Assembly: GCA_964465145.1 (NCBI GenBank) | Contig: CAYXJR010000006.1 | Location: forward strand, 9,702 to 73,701 | Origin: an uncultured Porphyromonadaceae bacterium | GTDB lineage: Bacteria > Bacteroidota > Bacteroidia > Bacteroidales > UBA12481 | Direction of reading: 5' to 3' | Length of the DNA stretch: 64,000 nt | Shown here: piece after piece, positions 51,743-59,992 of the stretch | Layout of the letters: each line of letters opens with the position of its first letter | Position numbering within the stretch: the first letter of the stretch is position 1 | The notes under the pieces: model-generated | What the model was told of the DNA's origin: nothing | The model's database searches: none | The model's input: the letters and a program-made list of their open reading frames with translations, nothing else | Program-made: the position numbers and the translations under genes

Positions 51743-53536
51743 CTAGTCCATTTTAAGCTTTTTCCAGTACCTGGTAAGCAAGAAAATAGTAACCGAAGCT
51801 GCGGCTGTAAGGGATATGGCCGGCAAAAGGTTCCCATAAATGAAATAGCCTGTAGCAAAAAGTAAAAAATACACTGAGAAGGATCCTAACAATAAACACA
51901 GAATTCCCGTTGGTACATCCCATGCCTGGCTGCCTTCAGGCTCGACAGATACTCCATCTTTCCCGGCTTCTGTAATAACTTTTTTCCATCCTGGGCCGCC
52001 TGGATGAACCAAGCGGTAAAAACTCCTCAGGGTATCTTTTGGAACTGGCTTGGTCAGCAAAGTTACTGAAAGCCAGGCCACCGTTGTGATTCCAACACCT
52101 ATCAATAATTCCCAATGCGACTCCAGCTCAACCATCCCCGTGTACTTGTGAATAAATTCAAAATACAGGGCAACAGCAAAGGAAACCATCATACCAGTGA
52201 TCTCTGTATATGCATTGATCCGCCACCAAAACCACCGTAGGATATAAATCAAACCAGTACCTGCACCAATCTGCAGGAGTATATTAAACGCCTGCAAAGC
52301 ATTCTGAAGAATAAGTGCAAAAAGTCCGGCTAAAACCATCAAAACCACTGTGGAGATTCTCCCGGCTGTTACCACTTGTTTTTCGGTAGCACTGGGGTTC
52401 AGGAACCGACGATAAAAATCATTTGCAATATATGATGATCCCCAATTCAACTGAGATGCTGTGGTGGACATGTAAGCAGCAATCAGAGAAGCAACCACAA
52501 GCCCCAGAAATCCGCTGGGGAGCTTGGAAAGCATAGCTGGGTAGGCAAAATCATTTTTAACAATATTCGGATCAATATCAGGGAAAGCATCACGTAAAGA
52601 TGCTATGTCAGGAAAAACAATAAGGGAAATAAGTGCAACCAGAATCCATGGCCATGGACGTAATGCGTAGTGTAATGTATTAAACAGCAGCGTGGCTTTC
52701 ATTGCTCCTGTTTCGTTTTTCGCGCTCAGCATTCTCTGGGCGATGTAACCTCCGCCTCCTGGTTCGGCACCGGGATACCACACACTCCACCACTGAACAG
52801 CAAGAGGCATAATCAATAAAATAACTACCATTCTGGTGTCACTGAAATCAGGAAGTAAGTTTAGTTTGGGAATAACGGCCTCATGCTCTAGCAAATTAGC
52901 AAGTCCTCCCACTTCAGGCAATTTCAAAAGTATAATGGCGGCACCAATAGCTCCTATCATTGCAATTCCAAATTGGAAAAAGTCGGTTATCAGGATACTT
53001 TTTAAGCCGCCAACCGTAGAGTATAAAAGGACAACCACAGAAGCAACGATCAGGGTTTGCTCTGCTGACCAATGCAGCATCACTGCCCCTATCTTTATCA
53101 GGGCAAGGGAAACTGTGGCAATAACCATGATATTGAAGAATGCCCCAAGATATATGGCTCTGAAACCCCTCAGGAAAGCAGCTAACCGGCCACTGTACCG
53201 GATCTCATAAAACTCAAGGTCCGTCATTACTTTCGATCGGCGCCACAATTTGGCATAAATAAATACTGTTACCATCCCAGTCAACAGGAAAGCCCACCAT
53301 GCCCAGTTACCTGCCACACCATTCTGCCTGACAATATCTGTCACCAGGTTTGGGGTGTCACAGGAAAAAGTTGTAGCAACCATAGAAACTCCAAGGAGCC
53401 ACCAGGGCATATTTCTTCCCGAGAGGAAGAAATCTTTGGCCGAACGACCTGCGTTCCTCGAAGCAATGAAGCCAATGGATAAAAGAATTACAAAGAAAAC
53501 CCCCAGTATTATCCAGTCAATCGTTTTGAGTACCAT
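51743..53536 (-). CDS. sodium:solute symporter (SSS) family transporter
   Basis: 597 aa with about 13-14 TM segments and SSS-type blocks (FFLSGRNMPWWLLGVSMVATTFSCDTP, GGGYIAQRMLSAK). TAG stop is followed immediately by an in-frame TAA. Confidence 0.85.
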   Translation of the reverse strand: MVLKTIDWIILGVFFVILLSIGFIASRNAGRSAKDFFLSGRNMPWWLLGVSMVATTFSCDTPNLVTDIVRQNGVAGNWAWWAFLLTGMVTVFIYAKLWRRSKVMTDLEFYEIRYSGRLAAFLRGFRAIYLGAFFNIMVIATVSLALIKIGAVMLHWSAEQTLIVASVVVLLYSTVGGLKSILITDFFQFGIAMIGAIGAAIILLKLPEVGGLANLLEHEAVIPKLNLLPDFSDTRMVVILLIMPLAVQWWSVWYPGAEPGGGGYIAQRMLSAKNETGAMKATLLFNTLHYALRPWPWILVALISLIVFPDIASLRDAFPDIDPNIVKNDFAYPAMLSKLPSGFLGLVVASLIAAYMSTTASQLNWGSSYIANDFYRRFLNPSATEKQVVTAGRISTVVLMVLAGLFALILQNALQAFNILLQIGAGTGLIYILRWFWWRINAYTEITGMMVSFAVALYFEFIHKYTGMVELESHWELLIGVGITTVAWLSVTLLTKPVPKDTLRSFYRLVHPGGPGWKKVITEAGKDGVSVEPEGSQAWDVPTGILCLLLGSFSVYFLLFATGYFIYGNLLPAISLTAAASVTIFLLTRYWKKLKMD

Positions 53537-54064
53537 AGGTGTTATTTAATTTATTTATAAGATTTTATAATTCTATTCATTTATTGAAATCGGAAAGCAA
53601 AGAAATGTTGGATTCCTATTATCTCCAACCTCCCGACTATGACTACAAGCACTTAACATGCTTACAATCAAACCATTTGCAAATATTATTGAAAATGGTT
53701 TTCGTTTCATCGAATGCTTAATTTGATCAAATATAGAAATTATCAGGTAGAAATTCTGTTCATTAATTTATAGCTTAAAACACAGGCCTGATAATTATTA
53801 TTATGCTTGTTATGAAAACAAGCTTGTGGTTCGTTTCATTTGAAAATTTCTATATGTTTGTGCATTAGTGCTTTTCTAAGGCAATTTTTTTTATTTACAT
53901 TAGACAGGATGTTTTTGGGGTGGGTTTGTTGGGTATTGTGGTTAGACTTAGGGTTACGAAGAACAAAAAGATACAAAACTTCCAGTATTCAATGCTGGTC
54001 AAATGTTGGCTGAGTTACTGAAATAGATATTTGAAATGATTTAAGTTTTAAACCTGACTCAAAA

Positions 54065-56248
54065 ATGGAAGAAAAAATGAAGCTAAATTCTAATCCAAGG
54101 ACATGTATTAATTTCATAATAGTTCTATTAGTAGGACTGTCTTTTCACGGTTTCGCTCAGACCGCTGATCTTAGCTATCGGATTACCGATCAAACCACAG
54201 CAACCACTCCAATTAGTCCATTGCTTTACAGTCATTTTATTGAAATTGGTTTTGGCTACCAGATTGCACCGATGCAAGCGGAGCGTTTTTTTAACCGTAG
54301 TTTTGAACCGTTTACACCTTATAATGGTAATACTAAAAATTCGTTTGGCTTACTGCTGAAGGGGGGCAATTATATTACTGACTGGAGTGGCGAAGCCTGG
54401 TATCATAGTGGCTATGAACACAATAGCTGGTTTGCTGCTCCAGGCGATGCAAATAATCCGGCAATCATAACGGACGAATCCACGTTTTTTACAAATGAAT
54501 CACCTATGATCGATGTCCTCCTTCTACCAGAGAAAGGTGGGTGCGGTCACGGAGTGCAGAGTGTCCGTGTAATTAATAGTGAGCGCAAAAAATGGGGAGG
54601 ATTGGCTCAGGAGGGGAAGTATCTGGAACAAGGAAAGACATATCATTTTAGCGGCTATCTGAAATCTATTTCCGGCAGTAAAAAGGTTGAAATCCGTCTA
54701 TATCCTGAAGGGAATTGGGAACAACCTCTGTTCTCAAAAAAAATCACTCTGACCAAGGAATATAAAAAGTACACATGTGAGATTCCTTATACAGGATCGA
54801 CAGCCCAAGTGACTTTTGCAGTTTTCATCGCAGCTCAAAGCAGTATTGAGGCGGACGCCTTTTCTCTAATGCCTGTAGATAATTATTATGGATGGAAAAA
54901 ATCGACAGTCGAAGCGGCTGCAAGAGCTAATCCCGGTTTAATAAGGTTTCCTGGCGGGTGTTTTGCCTCATTTTATAACTGGAAAAACGGAGTGGGAGAA
55001 AAGGATTTGCGTCAGCCTGAACCCTCCTTTTATTGGGGTGGTCAGAATGATAATGACCTGGGGACTGATGAACTCGCCATGTTGTGCAATAAAATGGGCA
55101 CTCAGATGATGTTTTGTGTGAATCTCTATCACCCGAAAAAAAGGGAATACCTCAACATTGAGCAATATAAAAATCAGTATCCATCCTTTGAACTATCCCA
55201 ATTTACTGATCCCGAACAGGGTGCCCGGAGTGCCGCGGATTGGGTGGCCTATTGCAATCTGAAGGAGGGTGAACATCCTATGGCTGATTGGCGGGTGAAA
55301 AATGGATATAAAGAACCCTTTGATGTGAAATATTGGGAGATGGACAATGAACCCGGGCGCTGGTTTTCTGGGGTGGACTATGCTAAAGAAATTGTCATGT
55401 ATTCCAAAGCAATGAAGGCAATTGATCCTACTATAAAAATTGGCATGGCAACATATGATTATGACAAAGAAATTCATGAAATGTTGGAAATTGCAGGGAT
55501 GTATATCGATTTTTTTGCTGACAGAGACGACGAAGAAGATGGTCGTCTGGATCGAATGCTAAATGTTATTAATGATTTTAACACTGCCAATGGTACTGAT
55601 ATTAAGTATTGCAATACCGAATGGCAGGTTCATTTATATGGAGCAAAGAACCCGAAAGAAACGGTCGATGAACGCTTCCTGTATGGACATAAAACCCAGA
55701 TTAAAAGATCTATGGTATTGGGAACATGGTTTTGTGGCTTAAAGGCCGCAGGATATCTTTTGGATTGGCAAAGAAAAGGTAGTATTGTTGATTTCATTAA
55801 TTTCAATAACTTCTCAAATACACACGGACAAGCTATTATAGAAACACCCAAGGAAGGGGCCTATCTTACGGCTCCGGGTAAGGTTTATGAATTATTATCC
55901 CGAACACCTGCTCGCCGGCCACTTGAAATCGAGAAATACCGGGCACATCGTGATGACATGTTTCAGGTCCAGGCGGCCTATAGTATAAATAAGGACACTC
56001 TGGTGGTTTATGCACTCAATCGAACCGATTCGGCCAAAGTAATTGAGTTTGATTATTCTTTACTGAACAAAGATTTTCCATCGGTTGCACTATCAATGCT
56101 TGATGCCGATGATATTTTTGCTCGGAATAAGATTGATATGACAAATGAAATTCGCAGGAAAGACTGGATAGAAAAGCTAAGTGGCAAAAAATTACTCATT
56201 CATTGTTCACCACGTTCATTTATTCAAGCTATTTTACTGCCAAAATAA
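54065..56248 (+). CDS. clan GH-A glycoside hydrolase, GH51 (alpha-L-arabinofuranosidase)-like, secreted
   Basis: 727 aa with a signal peptide. LIRFPGGCFASFYNWKNGVG resembles the GH51 RxPGG..Y.W.DGIG block, and YWEMDNEPG is the candidate acid/base NE. Family assignment is tentative. Confidence 0.5.
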   Translation: MEEKMKLNSNPRTCINFIIVLLVGLSFHGFAQTADLSYRITDQTTATTPISPLLYSHFIEIGFGYQIAPMQAERFFNRSFEPFTPYNGNTKNSFGLLLKGGNYITDWSGEAWYHSGYEHNSWFAAPGDANNPAIITDESTFFTNESPMIDVLLLPEKGGCGHGVQSVRVINSERKKWGGLAQEGKYLEQGKTYHFSGYLKSISGSKKVEIRLYPEGNWEQPLFSKKITLTKEYKKYTCEIPYTGSTAQVTFAVFIAAQSSIEADAFSLMPVDNYYGWKKSTVEAAARANPGLIRFPGGCFASFYNWKNGVGEKDLRQPEPSFYWGGQNDNDLGTDELAMLCNKMGTQMMFCVNLYHPKKREYLNIEQYKNQYPSFELSQFTDPEQGARSAADWVAYCNLKEGEHPMADWRVKNGYKEPFDVKYWEMDNEPGRWFSGVDYAKEIVMYSKAMKAIDPTIKIGMATYDYDKEIHEMLEIAGMYIDFFADRDDEEDGRLDRMLNVINDFNTANGTDIKYCNTEWQVHLYGAKNPKETVDERFLYGHKTQIKRSMVLGTWFCGLKAAGYLLDWQRKGSIVDFINFNNFSNTHGQAIIETPKEGAYLTAPGKVYELLSRTPARRPLEIEKYRAHRDDMFQVQAAYSINKDTLVVYALNRTDSAKVIEFDYSLLNKDFPSVALSMLDADDIFARNKIDMTNEIRRKDWIEKLSGKKLLIHCSPRSFIQAILLPK

Positions 56249-56295
56249 TTATAGAGAACGGCGAAATATTCATATGGCTAATTAGGCTTAAGAAA

Positions 56296-57663
56296 ATGAG
56301 CAGAAAATTTAATTATAAGAAATCTTGGATCCATTTTTTTGTCGGAGTAACTTTTAATGCTTTGCTGGCCTGCTTCGCTCTGATAATTTTATCGTGTAAT
56401 GTGAGTTGTAAAAGGCATAAAGAAAAGGATGTCAACACTCATGAACTAACGATATCCGTTGATAACAGCACAACAAAATACTTCCCCCCGATCGGGCAAC
56501 AAAAAATTGGGGACTGTACTTGCTGGTCATCATGTTATTATTATAACACCTATACTCAGGCGCGGGATCATGATCTGGATGCATCGACCGGTGAGCCTGA
56601 AGTTGTCTGCAGCCCACGTTTTTTGTTCTCTCTGATTTCCCAGGGAACAAGGGGAGCCGAGTGTACTGAACATGCCATGGAATGCCTTTCAGATGTAGGC
56701 TGTGCATCGGTTTCGAAATACTCCATGGATTCGCATTGGGCGGAATGGCCCGGCGAGGAGGCGAGGGTTGCTGCTCTCAGGAATCGTACCGGTCAACTTC
56801 ACAAGATTCGTGTCGATAATACCGAGGGACTGGAAACAGTAAAACAACATATAGCCAATGGCGGATGCGCCGTCACAAGGGCATTGTTTAGGGCGAACTA
56901 TCTGGCTTATAGAGCCAGTGCCTCCGGAGCCGGGATCGACAATGGCGTCATGTACGCGAAAGTGGGGGAGAATTGGCTGCGACACTCGTTGTGCATCTGT
57001 GGTTATGACGATGAACGGTCGTACGTTGATGATAGAGATGGACAGACCTATTCAGGCGCCTTCCTCATTGCAAACAGCGAGGGACAGGACTGGGGTAGCT
57101 ACAACAGCACCGGAACTGGCACCAAAGGTTTTCTCTGGGTCGCTTATAATATGTTCATTGAAGGTGAATTCGGCTTATATGACCACGATGATAATCCTTA
57201 CACGGATTCTTGTTTTGACAACCCCCCTTATCCGACAATTTATTACCACGATGATCGACCGGATTACATACCGTCGCTGTATGCGGTTGTTGGTATCAAT
57301 CATAGTAAAAGGAATATGCTTAGACTTACGGGTGGTATTGGTTCGGTTGATTCACCAGATTTCGTTGGTCCGGAAGTGATGGAACTAACCGATTCCGGAG
57401 AAATCCCCATTTGTGATACAAATCGCGTTGTTATTGATTTGTCGGATGGTACCCATTTTATTGAAAGCGGGATTCGGATAAAGGTGTTTGTTGAATTATA
57501 TGTAAAATCTTCAGCAGATAGTAATGCTGCGATTACAAGTGCGGACTTTTACTACGCTCCTGAAGGTGATGGTAATTACACTAAATATTCTTCAAAAGAT
57601 CCGATTATAACTGTAATACCCGGCAATAAGGGCTTCGCTGCTATAGAAATTAATATTCATTAA
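56296..57663 (+). CDS. papain-like (C1-family-like) cysteine peptidase with C-terminal beta-rich domain
   Basis: The ATG at 56296 gives a TM/signal segment. QQKIGDCTCWSS is the candidate Gln/Cys block, HSLCICGYDD the His block, and FLIANSEGQDWG...GFLWVAY the Asn/Trp block. Spacing deviates from canonical papain. Confidence 0.5.
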   Translation: MSRKFNYKKSWIHFFVGVTFNALLACFALIILSCNVSCKRHKEKDVNTHELTISVDNSTTKYFPPIGQQKIGDCTCWSSCYYYNTYTQARDHDLDASTGEPEVVCSPRFLFSLISQGTRGAECTEHAMECLSDVGCASVSKYSMDSHWAEWPGEEARVAALRNRTGQLHKIRVDNTEGLETVKQHIANGGCAVTRALFRANYLAYRASASGAGIDNGVMYAKVGENWLRHSLCICGYDDERSYVDDRDGQTYSGAFLIANSEGQDWGSYNSTGTGTKGFLWVAYNMFIEGEFGLYDHDDNPYTDSCFDNPPYPTIYYHDDRPDYIPSLYAVVGINHSKRNMLRLTGGIGSVDSPDFVGPEVMELTDSGEIPICDTNRVVIDLSDGTHFIESGIRIKVFVELYVKSSADSNAAITSADFYYAPEGDGNYTKYSSKDPIITVIPGNKGFAAIEINIH

Positions 57664-57970
57664 CCTGGGCAAGCTAGAACCAAAAAGGAAAAAAGTTGTA
57701 ACTTTTCCTTCTGGAATTATCGACAACAACACATGCCAGTGAAACAATGATGGCGAATAAAAACACAATATTCTAAATGGCTCTAGCAACCTTAAGGGAG
57801 CACTGGACAAATCTCAGGACGAATCTTGTTCATGTCACCGAATAGTTCACCACGGCTCCCTCCGGTTTAATTAATAGTGATACTAAGGTACAAACAACTT
57901 GTTGGTACAAAAAAAGAAACCAATTGTGGAGTTGTAAATGCCTAAATAAAACCAGATGCTAATCTAAAGG

Positions 57971-59992
57971 TTACCGGGCCTCTGATTCTCTGATCACCTC
58001 AACCTTCTCAATCACGTCCCCAACCTCCAGCTGGTGGACAATTTCTATTCCACTGACCACGAATCCAAAATTAGTGTACTTTCCATCGAGGTGTGGTGTT
58101 GCTGAATGGGTAAAATACCACTGGCTGCCTTCTGTATCTTTCCCGGCCGAGGCCATGCCGAGGGTTCCCTCCATGAAGGGCGCGGGGGTGAATTCAGAAC
58201 GAAGGGTGAAAGGCGGGCCACCCCAGCCATCGCCCCGGGGACAGCCGTCCTGGACAACAAAATTTGGCACAACCCTGTGTATAACCCCATTGTTGTAAAA
58301 CCCCGACTCAACGAGTTCCAGAAATGCCGAAACTGTTCCAGGGCACCAGTTCACATTCAGTTGTACCACAATTTCTCCCTTGCTGGTGACAAATTCCACC
58401 AGTTGTTTCGGCGGAATATTCATGACCCGCTCCCAGTCAATCGGATGATTATATGCGGGTGCTGCTGTATATCCGCTTTTCTTGCCGGAAAAATATTCCA
58501 TGCTCGAGATCAGCTCACCGCGGGCTTCCGCCATTTCGGGTGAGCCGGCTGCCTTCAGGGCTTCTTCAATAAATCCGATGTCTTTGATCAGCTCTTTGTA
58601 ATTCAGATCAGGATCCCTTAAAACTGATGCGGCCATGGATACGATAGCCAAATCTCCCGACCGGATTCCTGTCTTAAATATTCTTAAGAACTCCTCATCC
58701 AGATCAATATCCTGCAAAATCAAGTTATCGCTGGATTTCTCAAAATTCAGGCTCTTTCGCATGAGTGTGAGGGTTTCCATAGCATAGGTGGAAACCATTT
58801 GGGGCCCGCTTTTCATCTGGGCTTCAACAAATCCGTATTTCTCCGGGTCAGGTGCAAGGCATTTTAATAGGCATGCTTTCTCAGCCACATTTTCAGTTCC
58901 ATTATAAAGTGCAATTATCCTTTTTTCAATTTTTCCGGGCAGGTTTTTTTTGGTTGTGGATATTTCCATGGCCTTCCCGAGAAGCAAAGCCCTGGCTCTC
59001 CAATTCTTCGTCTTTTTCGCCGCCCTAATATGATTTCGCAAATCCGATTCACTTGCAAGTCGCTGAATCGACTCAGCTGCCGCAATGGCCTGATTCGGAT
59101 CTTGCCCGCAGGCAATCTCATACATTAATTTTCCAGCCTTTTCCCAGGATTTGTGAGACAGGCTTTGGATAATATTGACTTTCACCCTGTAATCGGCATC
59201 CGATTTAAGGGTAGCTTCTGCAAGTGGCCAGGCTTCCTTACCCCGGGCTTTTATGATAGCCTTAATAATGTTTGACCGAACCATTTCATCTCTTTCTCCG
59301 AAATACAATTCTTGCAAATCTTTTGCATGATTTGCAAGCCACAGTGAATCGGCATATCTCCCCAGATGATATGAGGCATAGGTCACCCCAACGGTACTGC
59401 TGCCCTCTTTGATGATCTCCAGCATTTTTTCATTGCCCTCCGGAACCACAAGGCCACGTAGTGCAAAGCGCAGAATCCCCTGGGCCTGGCCTTCCGATTC
59501 TTGAAATTCTGCCTTTTGAGTGGCAAGCCATAAAAGATTTGACACATCCCCTGTTTTCCCAAGGGCATCAAATAACATCCCTTTTACAAGTTTTACAGTG
59601 TCTTTCTCTAAGGCTGATATTAATAACGGAACTGCCGAAGGATGAAAGGTCTGGCCCAGGGCAAAAGCGGCAGCCATCCGGATCCCATTCATTTCTGAAT
59701 CCAGAGCAGGGGCAATACTGTCTATAATTCCGATAGACTGCAAGCTACCCAGGCACATCAATGCTTCCCCCCTGTAATTTGGATTGGAATCCCTGAGAAA
59801 AGGAAGTAGAGCCAGAGAATCCCGCCTGTCAGCCAGATCGTGAATCTCCCGTAGAACAGGATCTGAGAATTTGTTAATTGAATCCTGGGAGAAGCTGCTT
59901 CCTGTTGTGAAACTATAGAGTAGAACAATGAATGCGAACAATAATACCCGTGGGGCACTTTTAAAAAATTGCTTAATCGGGATCGGTCTCAT
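57971..59992 (-). CDS. HEAT-repeat protein fused to cyclophilin-type peptidyl-prolyl isomerase
   Basis: 673 aa with a signal peptide and an alpha-helical repeat region. The C-terminal cyclophilin core is FYNNGVIHRVVPNFVVQDGCPRGDGWGGP. Confidence 0.8.
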   Translation of the reverse strand: MRPIPIKQFFKSAPRVLLFAFIVLLYSFTTGSSFSQDSINKFSDPVLREIHDLADRRDSLALLPFLRDSNPNYRGEALMCLGSLQSIGIIDSIAPALDSEMNGIRMAAAFALGQTFHPSAVPLLISALEKDTVKLVKGMLFDALGKTGDVSNLLWLATQKAEFQESEGQAQGILRFALRGLVVPEGNEKMLEIIKEGSSTVGVTYASYHLGRYADSLWLANHAKDLQELYFGERDEMVRSNIIKAIIKARGKEAWPLAEATLKSDADYRVKVNIIQSLSHKSWEKAGKLMYEIACGQDPNQAIAAAESIQRLASESDLRNHIRAAKKTKNWRARALLLGKAMEISTTKKNLPGKIEKRIIALYNGTENVAEKACLLKCLAPDPEKYGFVEAQMKSGPQMVSTYAMETLTLMRKSLNFEKSSDNLILQDIDLDEEFLRIFKTGIRSGDLAIVSMAASVLRDPDLNYKELIKDIGFIEEALKAAGSPEMAEARGELISSMEYFSGKKSGYTAAPAYNHPIDWERVMNIPPKQLVEFVTSKGEIVVQLNVNWCPGTVSAFLELVESGFYNNGVIHRVVPNFVVQDGCPRGDGWGGPPFTLRSEFTPAPFMEGTLGMASAGKDTEGSQWYFTHSATPHLDGKYTNFGFVVSGIEIVHQLEVGDVIEKVEVIRESEAR

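Noticed and set aside
53701-53839. Repeated motif TTCGTTTCAT (53701-53710 and 53830-53839) as a regulatory operator
   Set aside because: On the minus strand both copies are simply ATGAAACGAA, the start (Met-Lys-Arg) of short lipoprotein-like ORFs or relics. Shared coding ancestry explains the repeat.
53917-53953. G-rich tract (GGGG-T-GGG-N6-GGG ... GGG) as a G-quadruplex
   Set aside because: The fourth G-run is 17 nt away, with only a GG between, so it fails the usual loop-length criterion. No functional context is evident.
56203-56295. N-terminal extension of the C1-like peptidase ORF overlapping the GH51-like gene by 46 nt
   Set aside because: The internal ATG at 56296 yields a proper charged n-region and hydrophobic segment and removes the overlap. 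The extension is probably not translated.
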